Positions 15,001 to 25,684 are shown, counted from the first letter of the stretch. The stretch is DNA of 64,000 nucleotides from Chrysomallon squamiferum (GCA_012295275.1 CM022665.1:2666001-2730000), one strand, 5' to 3'. Notes: generated from the letters alone by a model not told the origin. Translations and numbers: made by a program.

Positions 15001-18000
15001 GAAACTGCACTGAAATAATAAATAACACTACTATTTTATACGTAGGTATTTTTATCTCTGCTGAAATTTAATTTGTTTTTGAAATTTTTTATTTACTCCA
15101 AAAATCTTTTCAAAAAAATGTTTTAGAAATGATGTTGACCCTATATATGATGATTAACGCTTTCCCACCCATTCTTGTCTGGGTTCTCTTAAAATGGCTG
15201 TCCACAGTCACAAAAATCATCTATCTTGATTCTAAAAGAACTAAAATCCCAGAAACGTAGTTGAACATGCACAGTGAATGTTTGACTGATGTTTGTATTT
15301 AATAATTGTTAATAAAGTTTATTATAAAATAATTATTTATGTAGCATAAGATGAACACATTGCTGGCTTTTCAAATGATCTGAATTTGCTGAAGTACATA
15401 AATAAAATCAGCTTAGCTTTGTAATATAAAAAGAAAACATTTGTTTTTATAAAGCTGTTTCCGTGCATTTTAGATTTTTTAACACAGAAGTATGTTCTTG
15501 TGAATCATTTTCTTTTTTCTTTTTTTTTTAGCTATTTAGATTTTCTAGGATGACCCCTAAATACATTACCTACAACTTCTGCCTATTTTAATATTTAAAC
15601 GACTCAGTTTCTGGTTATATTTATAAGCTCACTAAACAGTTTGTTTGCTTTAACCCACAATTCAAGTTGTATACAAACATGACAAATTCATGAAATAATT
15701 TTGTTTACCTGGTGATTGTAAAATGGATATAACCTCTCTGTGACCTTCATCCCCTCTTTCTCTGGCTTTATCTAATGGTGTTTTACTGTCTTCATCTCGC
15801 AGGTCTGGGTTAGCACCATAACGAAGCAGTGTCTACGATAAAATAAGCATTCATTGTCATTCCATTAAAATACTTCTTGAATTAACAAAAAATAATTATT
15901 GTTACACATTAGATTTCTTTTATTTATTACTTATTTAAAGAGCAACAATATTCCATTTTAATTATATGGAAGAAAACTATATTCATATTTCTGATATTTT
16001 AGAAGTCATTGAAAATATTATTGTTCTGGGTTCCTTTCCAATAATTGTTCTGCTTCAGTGAAAAACTGTGACTTGACTGTTTTGCTAACAACCATCAATA
16101 ATGTCATTCAGTGTATTTGCATTTAGTCTATAAACGTATTAAGCCTGATGACAGGCAATACTCCTGAAATAATTAATTTTTAAAGGACGCTGGTTTTGAT
16201 CTGCTGGAAATTATCAAATTTGTCTATATTTTTAAACTGTATTTTGTCTGATGAGCATGAAAATAAAAAGTGTTAAGAGTACTTCCTTATGAACAGAAAT
16301 AACAAATGACAAAAAACTAGTCCAAAACTTTTATAGTTGGTAAGGCAAATTCTTAACTGGCCTGTAAATAAATGTTATTACACTATAATTACAGACGTTA
16401 ACTAGCCTGTAAATAAATGTTATTACACTATAATTACAGAAGTTAATATTACGTCTAACAACTTCTGAAACTTTGGTATTTGAGTGCAGTAATAAAAGCG
16501 CTTTGAATTTGGAAAATAAAGAAAATATATATTATTTAATCATATACATTTTTATGAAGCTATACAGACACATATCTGTGAGTATGCTTTGTTGTATCAT
16601 TTTTATTTTACTGTGCACATACCTTTACAATTTGAGGTCTCCCAAAACAAGCTGCATAATGAAGGGAAGAAGACCTGAGACCCCTATTTACATCAGCTCC
16701 TCTTTCACACAGAAATTCAACCTGAAAAATCAATTACATCTTTCAAAACCATAATAAAATACACTATACATAATAAGACTGTAATTTCAATCTAAGTAAT
16801 TCTGTTCATAAATCCCCCCACAAATAATAATAATAATAGTAATAAATAAAATATATATATAAAGATCTAGTTCCATTCTTACAACCATGTAGTTAAACAA
16901 ATATTCATTTCTTATCTGATCATCAAACCTGATTACAAGTAATTTTCCATTTTATGAATGAGGCCTGTCCACTGTCGAGTTATTATGGCATTAAATCCTG
17001 CTGATGCTTTCATTGGCTCTTTACTCTCTCCTAACTTTTCAAGATCATCAAAATGGTCAAATGATTTCCACATTGTAGAATACCAACTGATTAGAAAGCA
17101 GGTTTAAGTCTGCATGAACATTAAATGATCTTAAGTAAGTAGTGTCTGTATATAAACTTAACAGTTGTCTACAGTTGTTATAAAACAATCTGTTTGTCAT
17201 TCCTTATTTTAAAATTTCGTTAAAGTGAACAAAAACCATTTGTAAACAATGCTAATAAAAAATCTTACCATTTCCTGGGTGCCAAATGCAGAGGCCCAGT
17301 TTAACAATGTCTGGCCGACATCATCCATGAAGTTAACTTCAAATCCATCATCAATGGCAGTGATCAACGCGTCAGTGTCTTTACTTCGGATGCAGTCTAT
17401 CAACTGACGATGTGAACGCTCTCCAGTGCTGTCAGTGCGTCTGAGGCCTGGCAAACGACTTGTGATATTGCAAACACCAGTTTTGGGCAAAGCCTTTCTT
17501 CCCTCAAACAACAGTACAAGCAGGAGATCAACCAAGCGCATTGTATCCAGACAACATCTGTAAGTAAATTCATTCTTTAAACAGTTGCAAGTTTCCACTA
17601 TGTGGTACCTATTTTATCTTTAGGAAGTAGATTTTCTTATTTCAGTAATCTCATTTTGGAGATAAAAAGGAGTCATTTCATGTTGGGTTCAAAAACTTTA
17701 TTATAGGGCTACCAGGGAAAAAGATTAATGTCAAGGAATTTCATATCTAAAACCAACCTTTCATCTCCTCTTAAACCACTTTCTATAGCATTAGGCAGAT
17801 CAGATCTCAGAAGATCATGAGTGATGGCAGGAGAGCCACGGCAAAGAGTGGACAACAGACTAATCACTGTGGAGATGCTAGGATTTGATTTAACTTCTGG
17901 TGTCATTGTAGATGTGCCGGGAGCTGAAGATGTTGATGTGTTGTGGCTGGCCTCTCCTACCCAGTGAAGTCTTTGTAGAAGTTCCGCAATCAGCCCATGT

Positions 18001-21000
18001 TTAGCCAAAGGTGCAGGATCAATGCCTCTGCGAGTGTAACGATCAGCAAGTGAGGCAAAACATCTCAATGCACCATCTGCTACCTGAAAACCAGAGATTA
18101 TAGTTGTATTTCTTTATTCAAATTCTGTGACTTAACAAAGAAATATCATTCTAACAAATTAAAAGTTTTAATTAATTATTAAATGGCTAATTATTTCACT
18201 TGGAAGGAACTTAAACACCCAGATTAAATCATTAATATAAAGAATCAAAAGTGAGATAAAAAGAGAAAAAGATTTTAAATTCAAACATACATATTGATCA
18301 TCGTGCTCTAATAATGTGGAGAGAGATTCCACACACGTTTCCAGTGAAACATCTTGTGGCTCCATCTTGCTGCAGAGTCGAGAAACAACAGACATTGATG
18401 AATGCAGTGTATCTTTGTGTACTTGTGAACCATGTTCACGTATAAATGTAAGGACACAGTTTAGTCCACCTGATTCAAACACTGATCCAGATTCTCGTGT
18501 ACATATAAGTTCCAACACCTGAAATAAACAAAATGTGAATCTCATCTGTATTTTGTTTTTCAGTAATCAAAACCATAGATAAAAAAAAAAAAAAGTTCTT
18601 TATCTGGCAGTACTTAGCTTTACAAGAATGGGTTATCATGTCCTGTTTTCAGATAAATATCATTACTAGAAATAACCATTCTCTCTATCGTTCCTTTTCA
18701 CAATGCAAATAAATAACTGTTAAGATTAAACAATCATTCTATACATTTGATTTACTACAGAAAAATAAGAAACAACACCCAGATATTACGAACAGAAAAA
18801 AACATCTGCAAAAGCTATATTGTTTAAAAATGTATTGTTTATAGAGATATATTAAATTTAATAATAATAAACATTAATACATCTCTATAAACAATACATT
18901 TTTAAACAATATAGTTGTTGCAGATGTTTTTTTCTGTTCGTATAAATTTAATAATAATAAACATTAATATTGACACTGACAAACAATTATAAAATGTTAT
19001 ACTAAAGAATTTAAAAATTAAACTGTTTATTGGGAGAACAAACTACATTTATTGAAATGGCTATCATTTTTCACCGAACCTTTATACACTGTTCAGCTAA
19101 ATCTTTGCTAGTCCTGGAGGACATCTCAGCCACAACAAGTCTGTTGCAAAGTGCTTTAATGGCACCATCCACAGCAACAATTCTGCGAGTACATTCAGCA
19201 GAAACATCAAGATAATAGGTAATTGCACGAGCTGTAACTTCCAAAACATTGTCAGGAGCACATTCATCCAAGAAAATACGACAGAGAGCAGGTAAAAAGG
19301 TACGTGGTGGACAACTAGAAAGAACAAAAGCAGAATTAAATATCTTTTACTAGTAGTGTATGTTACAAAATATAAGAACAATTAATAATATATAAATTAA
19401 ATAATAATAATAAAAACAAATTATGACAACTGTTAATGAGACATGCCATTTAAATTTTAATTTAAAGATCAATAGAGAAAATGCATATATCCATTTTTAA
19501 CTATTTACTTTCATTAATAATTTAAAGCTTAAAAAAAAAAAACCAAAACAATTGACATCCATATAAGTACAATATAGTATCACAATCAAAATGGGTTAAA
19601 GGAATGTTGAAAATGTTTTTTTGCACCAATGAACCATGAACAGGTTTGAATGAAACATCAGGCAACTAGCCAAACACGCACATTTTAGGTTTTATTAAAA
19701 ACAAAATGCCAAAAAAATAAATTGAAATTAATTAAGCTTCTAAATGGATGCTGCATAATTCATCATATTCCAGTCTTACTAGCAAATACAGATTATACAA
19801 CTTATTTCATAACCTGTTAATGGTATATTTATTGTTTTTTATCAAGTACGTGTTTGTTATTAATTCTTAAAACCATTGGTAATATATATATATTTTTAAT
19901 TATTATTTGTTTTCCCATTTACATTACCAATATAAATATTTCATTATGTTCAAATAATGCAAAAAGTAAAGCAACTTTTGCAAGCTATTTAAAATAATGT
20001 TATGGTCAAATAATGCAATAAAAATTATAAATAACAACAATCATAAAGCTGGCAAAACTCAACAGGGTGGTTCAGACAAAACTGACACTTTTTAAAAACT
20101 TTTTAATACATTTTTTTAAAGTGAGTCACAGCCTGTAGAGCTCTGCAATATTCATCCAATATCAAGATAGATTTTGAGAAATAGTGTTCAGTTCAGGAGC
20201 AGAAACTTTACTTTGCAATAAAATCATCTGTTTTCAAAACTGTAAATTAAATAACAATATTGAAAGAAGAATTACTCCATTTTGTTTTACCAAAGTTATA
20301 GATATATGTTTTACTTAGAGAAAATTTGGTGGTTAAAAACAGTCAAATGTTCACAACATAAAAATTTGATTATTCTGAGTAATTCTGCATAATAATTTTT
20401 ATCTGCATTGAGAAACAAATTAAAATAGCTGACAGATATTGTTCACAATTTAATATATAGACATTTTAAGCATTATTAATCCTCAGTATAATTTCTGCAC
20501 ACAAGAAAACAAATTAACAATGAACAATAAAATTAAAATGCTCTGGTTTATTAACTACTGGTATTAGTGTGTATAATGTTGATGGGCATATCTTATCAAA
20601 TGTCCATGTACATTTATACAACTGGAATCACTAAAATTTTCCTTCTATTTTCAAAAAGACTGAAATGTTATGAAATGTTCAAGTAAATCTGGCAAGGACA
20701 ATACACTGGCCTTGTGAGAAAATAATTTTCATTTTCATTCAAATGCATGTTATCTGAATTTCAAGACAAAGCAAATTCATGCACAAGTTAGGTTTAATCT
20801 TTATTTTTCTCTTTTGAGGTTTAGGGGTAATGACTTTCCATGAATGCAGAATTGGAAATCTTAAATTGAATTAGCATTTTTCCAAACTGTAAAACAAAAT
20901 TTATTTAACATTACATATATTTTTGTTCTGCTTAACTGATCATCTGAACAATTATGGCAAAGTGTAAAAATACATTTCAGAACATTGTTGGTTGCCATTT

Positions 21001-22379
21001 TGTTTTTGTTCAGTTCTGTTTTGATCAATTGGCTAATTCCTAGAATGCATACACAGATGCAATATAGATGTGCACTCTTTATATAAAGTAACCAATCACA
21101 CTATCTTTTAGCCAAACATCTAAATTTATACTAAATGAATTCAAAAGCTTTTGTTTTTTTCACAAAATGTCATTCCAATTCTTAAATATTAGGCCTACTG
21201 AAATAAAATAAAAATAAATAAAAAATAAAATAAATACATAAAAGGCATAATGGAATAAACAGTATGTCTGAGATTTTAAAACTGATATTAAATCCATTGA
21301 AAATACATAGTAGTTTAGAAGCCTTACCCATTTCTGAAGACAGAAACATAATTTTAGTTCAGTGAACTGAAAACACATTTTATAAGTGGAAAATTAACAT
21401 GCCTACATGCTGTTTACTAAATGTATGTGAAATTTCTAATTATTATGATCTATTTTATGTAACTGCAAAACAATATTTTTAAAAATATTAATTTGTTATA
21501 TATATATATATATATCTTACTACTTAAAATAGATTTGTGTGGTTTACATGGTATTTATTTTATACATACAAAATCTGCTGGAAAAAAAACTATATTTACA
21601 GCAAATAACTGGTATTATGACACTGATAACAATGGTTGCCTGGTAATAAATTTGGTATCCTGCTGCAAAACTATTAATACCAGTAAAACTGATATTTTCT
21701 GGGGTTTTAGCTAAATTACAGAGCAAAGACTGTGAATGGGTAGATCATATTTATTACTCTAATGATTAGTTTTAGCATTATGAGCAATTTAAATATGTAC
21801 GACAGAAAACATGAAAGCAGTTTTAAGCTTAAAGTTATATTAACTGTTTTTGTTTGACATGAATTTGGTCTTGTTCAAGAAATCGACAAAAATGCTTTGA
21901 AAAATGTTTTGGTCAATTACTTTAAAATGAATTAATTGAAATAATTTATGGTTGGTTTCAAAACAAATAATAATAATAATAAAAATAATAACAAAATTGC
22001 ACAAGACAATATATATAAACAAAAGAAAAAAGAAAACCTGATTATAAATATATTCACTAATTAATGAAATCGGTTGATCTCTTTATCTGATTCTTATGAT
22101 ATAAATATTTTAAAAATATATATATTTCTGCTGTTTTTATCAGTTTTGTTTTGTATTTGTGTTACAGAATGAAACAGAATCACTGACTCATAGTCAGAAA
22201 TAATACAATTAACATTTCTTCAGTTTTGCATTATTTTACCTTTCAAAACATCTATCCACATTATCAGACATCAAGAGAAGCATGCACAGCTGTTCCAGTG
22301 CTATGAGCTGCATGTCTCGCTCATCTCCCTGGCCCATCTGCAACCATTCAAGCAAGGTTTCTGGATCTACGTCAGCCAT
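1..22379 (-). CDS. HECTD1: E3 ubiquitin-protein ligase HECTD1, multi-exon gene, 3'-partial (ARM-like N-terminus, ankyrin repeats, SUN-like domain, MIB/HERC2 domain; HECT domain outside window)
   Basis: Starts [46 protein letters not shown], the diagnostic HECTD1 N-terminus. 34 exons with GT-AG boundaries and consistent phases were traced by hand (5799 nt including the microexon). Conserved motifs include [40 protein letters not shown] and [24 protein letters not shown]. Confidence 0.97.
373..455 (-). CDS. HECTD1: HECTD1 exon 33
   Basis: [27 protein letters not shown]. Confidence 0.92.
968..1136 (-). CDS. HECTD1: HECTD1 exon 32
   Basis: SLTIPSS...[18 protein letters not shown]...MRN; donor G|GTAAGT. 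Confidence 0.9.
1405..1465 (-). CDS. HECTD1: HECTD1 exon 31
   Basis: [20 protein letters not shown]; phases 2 and 0 consistent. Confidence 0.85.
1881..2011 (-). CDS. HECTD1: HECTD1 exon 30
   Basis: MKNEEIQL...IFKYVQKLL...[11 protein letters not shown]. Confidence 0.93.
2245..2484 (-). CDS. HECTD1: HECTD1 exon 29
   Basis: [42 protein letters not shown]...CLPG. Confidence 0.95.
2913..3202 (-). CDS. HECTD1: HECTD1 exon 28 (acidic tract)
   Basis: [12 protein letters not shown]...[43 protein letters not shown]...DVM. Confidence 0.93.
3533..3995 (-). CDS. HECTD1: HECTD1 exon 27 (low-complexity region)
   Basis: [13 protein letters not shown]...MSVSVPNL...[11 protein letters not shown]; phases 0 and 1 consistent. 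Confidence 0.88.
4414..4542 (-). CDS. HECTD1: HECTD1 exon 26
   Basis: [15 protein letters not shown]...[14 protein letters not shown]...IRA. Confidence 0.9.
4814..5001 (-). CDS. HECTD1: HECTD1 exon 25 (MIB/HERC2 domain end)
   Basis: [33 protein letters not shown]...DKVK. Confidence 0.94.
5393..5569 (-). CDS. HECTD1: HECTD1 exon 24 (MIB/HERC2 domain)
   Basis: [15 protein letters not shown]...[31 protein letters not shown]. Confidence 0.95.
5810..5973 (-). CDS. HECTD1: HECTD1 exon 23 (SUN-like region)
   Basis: STASWPIE...[39 protein letters not shown]. Confidence 0.95.
6224..6322 (-). CDS. HECTD1: HECTD1 exon 22 (SUN-like region)
   Basis: [32 protein letters not shown]. Confidence 0.95.
6709..6789 (-). 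CDS. HECTD1: HECTD1 exon 21 (SUN-like region)
   Basis: [26 protein letters not shown]. Confidence 0.95.
7105..7248 (-). CDS. HECTD1: HECTD1 exon 20 (SUN-like region)
   Basis: [47 protein letters not shown]. Confidence 0.95.
7384..7526 (-). CDS. HECTD1: HECTD1 exon 19
   Basis: [19 protein letters not shown]...[15 protein letters not shown]. Confidence 0.95.
7973..8107 (-). CDS. HECTD1: HECTD1 exon 18
   Basis: [12 protein letters not shown]...[19 protein letters not shown]. Confidence 0.95.
8415..8523 (-). CDS. HECTD1: HECTD1 exon 17
   Basis: [36 protein letters not shown]. Confidence 0.93.
9429..9443 (-). CDS. HECTD1: Candidate 15-nt HECTD1 microexon
   Basis: Minus strand reads ttgatttattttttaag|GCATTCTGATGATAG|gtaaga; phase 2-2 matches the flanking exons; spliced peptide (K)HSDD(S). 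Confidence 0.7.
10839..10924 (-). CDS. HECTD1: HECTD1 exon 16
   Basis: [28 protein letters not shown]; donor AA|GTTAGT, phase 2. Confidence 0.88.
11192..11338 (-). CDS. HECTD1: HECTD1 exon 15
   Basis: [49 protein letters not shown]. Confidence 0.92.
11722..11853 (-). CDS. HECTD1: HECTD1 exon 14
   Basis: [31 protein letters not shown]...QINH. Confidence 0.9.
12171..12335 (-). CDS. HECTD1: HECTD1 exon 13
   Basis: [37 protein letters not shown]...RTK. Confidence 0.94.
12881..13056 (-). CDS. HECTD1: HECTD1 exon 12
   Basis: [18 protein letters not shown]...VGNWTLTC...IHNSDGQQ. Confidence 0.93.
13254..13497 (-). CDS. HECTD1: HECTD1 exon 11
   Basis: [69 protein letters not shown]. The acceptor was chosen for phase; a second CAG 8 nt downstream is out of phase. 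Confidence 0.9.
13920..14093 (-). CDS. HECTD1: HECTD1 exon 10
   Basis: [19 protein letters not shown]...[16 protein letters not shown]...KDEK. Confidence 0.9.
14217..14358 (-). CDS. HECTD1: HECTD1 exon 9
   Basis: [14 protein letters not shown]...[12 protein letters not shown]. Confidence 0.93.
14675..14897 (-). CDS. HECTD1: HECTD1 exon 8
   Basis: EWMVPVN...[30 protein letters not shown]. Confidence 0.93.
15709..15832 (-). CDS. HECTD1: HECTD1 exon 7 (ankyrin repeat)
   Basis: [41 protein letters not shown]. Confidence 0.95.
16353..16442. repeat. 45-bp tandem duplication in HECTD1 intron 6
   Basis: ttaactggcctgtaaataaatgttattacactataattacagacg followed by a copy with 2 substitutions. Confidence 0.9.
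16623..16721 (-). CDS. HECTD1: HECTD1 exon 6 (ankyrin repeat)
   Basis: Hand translation [33 protein letters not shown]. Confidence 0.95.
17269..17557 (-). CDS. HECTD1: HECTD1 exon 5 (start of ankyrin region)
   Basis: [25 protein letters not shown]...GTQEM; AG/GT flanks. Confidence 0.95.
17758..18083 (-). CDS. HECTD1: HECTD1 exon 4
   Basis: [20 protein letters not shown]...LRGDE; AG/GT flanks. Confidence 0.93.
18291..18518 (-). CDS. HECTD1: HECTD1 exon 3
   Basis: [19 protein letters not shown]...HDDQY; AG/GT flanks. Confidence 0.95.
18787..18969. repeat. 62-bp inverted repeat with duplicated spacer in HECTD1 intron 2
   Basis: 18787-18848 versus the reverse complement of 18881-18942 is 60/62 identical; 27 bp of the spacer (18853-18879) is repeated directly at 18943-18969. 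Confidence 0.92.
19080..19314 (-). CDS. HECTD1: HECTD1 exon 2
   Basis: [38 protein letters not shown]...EQCIK; AG/GT flanks. Confidence 0.95.
22240..22379 (-). CDS. HECTD1: HECTD1 coding exon 1
   Basis: ATG at 22379, [10 protein letters not shown]...DRCFE; donor AG|GTAAAA, phase 2. Confidence 0.95.
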
Positions 22380-22639
22380 TTTTTTACTTATTCTTTTCGT
22401 TTTAAAGTTGAATATCAAGCATCCCGATATTGAATGTAATTTATAATACAGAAATATTCCACCTGTATTAACATCAAATTCTTAGTGATTGTGATTAATC
22501 TTTTTCGGACGTTTATGTTACTGTTTTTAACCAATAAACATCTTTGTTTTGTTGTTAGTAATGTTCACTTTCAAACAAAAGCATTTTTCAACTGATAATC
22601 TGAGTTTAATTGTACAATCACCATTATCCACTGGGTTTG

Positions 22640-22940
22640 GTGATTCCTACGGTTTCCCGTAGGACTACCACCCTGTAAACATCTGACGTTAATTTGTGTT
22701 TATCCTTTATACATGACGTTGAAGAGAACGATTAGTAAAATATATTTTGTTCAGAAGGAAGTCGAGAGGAAGTAATGTACCGAAGCAGCCTCGTTTTAGA
22801 TAACAGGTGGCAGGTGAAGGTCATATACGCAACAAAACTGGATTGGACTGATTCCGTAAATTTCCGTCGAAAATGTACAATAACTTCTAGAAGAAGTCCG
22901 ATCGACCCCTAGTGAGTGTTATGAAAACGAGGTTCCAAAC
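22640..22940 (-). promoter_or_regulatory. Probable TATA-less HECTD1 promoter / transcription start region
   Basis: CpG density rises abruptly upstream of the ATG; tandem GGAAGT (ETS-like) motifs at about 22756 and 22768; GATTGG (CCAAT) at 22841; TGACGT half-CREs at about 22684 and 22714. The TSS is not determined. Confidence 0.45.
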
Positions 22941-23135
22941 ATTAGTTTTGTTTATAATATAAATAACAATTTCAGTGGCATTGTATTATTTGTTTAACTT
23001 TTTTATCTTTTTTTTCAGTCACAATCCCATATTTCATCGTTTGTTTATTATTGTTATAGCTTACACTGGTACTTGTTATAAATACTCTCATGAGTAAAAG
23101 AAGAAGAGGGAAAAAGTGTATTTTTTTCGTCTTAC

Positions 23136-23172
<37 letters not shown>

Positions 23173-23264
23173 TTAATTGGATTTCTTTCGACGATTGCAT
23201 TACCATCATATATTAAAATAACTTTAATAAAATGAATTAAATGATATAAATTCCTGCAAATGGG

Positions 23265-23527
23265 CAGTGACCTGCAAAGGTGGGGGCCGAAGGTGCGGTG
23301 ACCCCGGGCATTCAAATGAAATTCAATCAGAGAAAAGAATTTAATAAATTTGGTTGATTTATATTTAAATCGAATAAAGTGTTTCTTTTATGTTTCATCT
23401 GTGTTTACATATTCAAAATATCTTCCTTTCTCATAATATTTCTCACTACCAGGCCTTATACTTGAGTCTTTGGGGCATACAGTCAAGAATTTGGCGCCGG
23501 GGATCACCAGACCTCTGAACGCCACTG
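23265..23527. mobile_element. hAT-like MITE
   Basis: Imperfect TIRs cagtgacctgcaaaggt / acctctgaacgccactg (13/17); flanking 8-bp TSD caaatggg / caaatagg with 1 mismatch. Confidence 0.7.
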
Positions 23528-23694
23528 CAAATAGGCCTCTTTTAATTGACAAGCAGCTTAAAATAAATTAGTAAGAAATTAAAAATGTACCGCGAAACAT
23601 GTAACAGACAGCAGTGAAGTAAGCTACACACATTATCCAAATTCTGCTTAATTAGCCTACTTCATGTAATTACTTTTACAAATTAAATATCGTA

Positions 23695-24255
23695 CAGTGG
23701 AACCTCGGGTTACGAACATAATTCGTTCCAGAACTCGGTTCGTAAACCGAATTGTACGTTAACCGAAGCGATGTCAGACTCACGAACGCCACTCTCATGT
23801 TTTGCAATTGTTTCTTTCTTAACTTCTACTGTGATACGTTTATACTTTCCACCAGCATTATCGATTTCACTTTTTATTTTCTTGGGCACCATATTGAATA
23901 GGGTATAATAAAAAATATAGACATAAAAGCAGCAACACTTTACAAAAATGCGAGCGCAAAAGCTATTGAGCTACAACTGCTTATCGAAGACTAAAGACCC
24001 TAATTCATTATACATATTTTCTATAGGACATGCCTGTAATCCTTACTTTGACCTCAGTTTTGACGTCAGCATCTATTCTTATCGTTACTAGATGCTGACG
24101 TCAAAACAGACGTCAAAAGAAAGCTTGTCGTGGCGCGACGCTGTAGTTCGTAACTCGGGACATTATTCGTAAACCGAGACAAAAATTGCCCAAGATCACG
24201 GTTCGTAATCCGGTTTGTTCGTGCTTCGAGGCATTAGTAACCCGAGGTTCCACTC
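23695..24255 (-). mobile_element. Internally deleted pogo/Tigger-type (Tc1/mariner superfamily) DNA transposon
   Basis: TA flanks; TIRs CAGTGGAACCTCGGGTTACGAA / TTAGTAACCCGAGGTTCCACTC; contains the start of a transposase. Confidence 0.88.
23710..23892 (-). pseudogene. Truncated Tigger-like transposase N-terminus (CENP-B N-terminal / psq HTH)
   Basis: MVPKKIKS...KYKRITVEVKKETIAKHESGVRESDIA resembles the first HTH of Tigger/TIGD transposases; the frame then runs into the TIR. Confidence 0.75.
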
Positions 24256-24759
24256 TATTTTATTACACAATTAAAACGCAAATCACAAACCATTTCCGAA
24301 TCTAAGTCCTCGTATTCGCAGAAAGATAATAATCCCAACATAAAAATAAGCTAGCCAGTCAAACGAAAACTTATTTAGTTGTGACATTTATTAAATGTCT
24401 AAAATGTAAGTACAGATCTACGATTTTTAAATCTGTTAAGTGTTGGAAATAATATAATGTATTTTTATATTTCTTACCATCGCTGTGCATTACTTAATTC
24501 TTAATATGAACAAGACAAATAATATATTACATACATTGGATTCGTCAGACATGGTCGACGATCTCCGGAGAAATAAGCATAATTGAAATTACCTTTAAGA
24601 AACCTGGAAAATATAGTGAATAAAAACTAAAGACAAAATAAATAATTCTCAATTACATTAAAACTTTTATACCAAATTATAACAAATTACCATTAAATAA
24701 TACATGTGCAGCAGGTGAAGTGTAATTCAGATTCATCTTGCAGACGATTATTAACTCTT

Positions 24760-25028
24760 CATGGCTGTAACCAGACTCGTTTTGAAATGAGGCAAAAAAA
24801 ACATTTAGGCGAGGGGTCTGGGCGTTTCAAGTCGGTAGACTTCAAACGTTAACCGTGGAAAAAATGAATTCATTTAGTGGATATCGTTTCTATCGGAATA
24901 GAGATTTATATTTTATATTTTTAAAATAAAATCTTTGTATAATTCTTTTTTTTTTTTTTTTTTTTTTTAAATCGTCAATTTTGGTATGAGCCATTTGCCT
25001 CATTTGCCTCAATGTTGTTACGGCCATG
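24760..25028. mobile_element. MITE-like element
   Basis: TIRs catggctgtaac / gttacggccatg; subterminal tgaggcaaa / tttgcctca inverted motifs; direct repeat ctctt on both flanks. Confidence 0.7.
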
Positions 25029-25639
25029 CTCTTTCTTCTCTCTCCAAATATTTATTTGCGAGTTCCCTTCAAATCCACACAGGGAGATAAAACATACCAC
25101 AGATAGTTCGATGACGAAACTGAATTATCTCCCATCCACCCAATAGTGCTACGTGTCGAATGTAAAATTAATTCAAATGTTATTAATTAAATAATCTATC
25201 GTAAACGTTAATTTATTTGTCGAGTGTCAGTTAAGGTTATCATAGTTTGAAGTTGCCATTAATAATAATAATAATAATAATCATTTAACAAAATAAAAAT
25301 AAATATAATCAAATTAAAAACACAAATATCTGTGTGGTGTGCAGTTTCATTAGTACATTATTCGGAATGGGTTAAAAGCAAATTATGGTGAATTTTACCT
25401 CTTTCATACAACATCTGCCTAATTAGAATTGTCGCTGTTGCAGTAATTAATTGAACCCATAAAAACACAATGATAATTAGCTGGCATTGTCGGATAACAA
25501 TATTTTGTTTGAAACTTACAGTTAGCTTTATTGTTCTCTACTTATTTTGTTCATTACATGTTTCGGTTTTCTGTGGCGTGTTTTTTTGTTGTTTTTTGTT
25601 GTTGTTTTGTTGTTTTTGTTGTGTCTTAACAACGGGAAC

Positions 25640-25684
25640 TGACGTTATGTATATAAATAAGAGACTACAGCCCAAAATATCACT
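25640..25684 (+). promoter_or_regulatory. TATA box plus Inr-like core promoter with adjacent half-CRE
   Basis: TGACGT at 25640, TATATAAATA at 25650-25659, TCACT at 25680-25684 (about 30 nt after TATA), 50 nt before a gcaATGG start. Confidence 0.5.

Noticed and set aside
16144-16175. Minimal hammerhead ribozyme (ctgatga-cagg...cct-gaaa), Penelope-like
   Set aside because: Core boxes and a weak stem II are present, but there is no convincing stem III with an NUH cleavage triplet and no stem I.
949-19381. Plus-strand and off-frame ORFs overlapping HECTD1 exons (e.g. 3589-3873, 5344-5592, 13356-13553, 18316-18522)
   Set aside because: Antisense or alternative-frame shadows of real exons with no independent support.
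22380-22418. N-terminal extension [13 protein letters not shown] of HECTD1 in the ORF track
   Set aside because: It starts at a non-ATG codon; the conserved protein begins at MADVD (22379).
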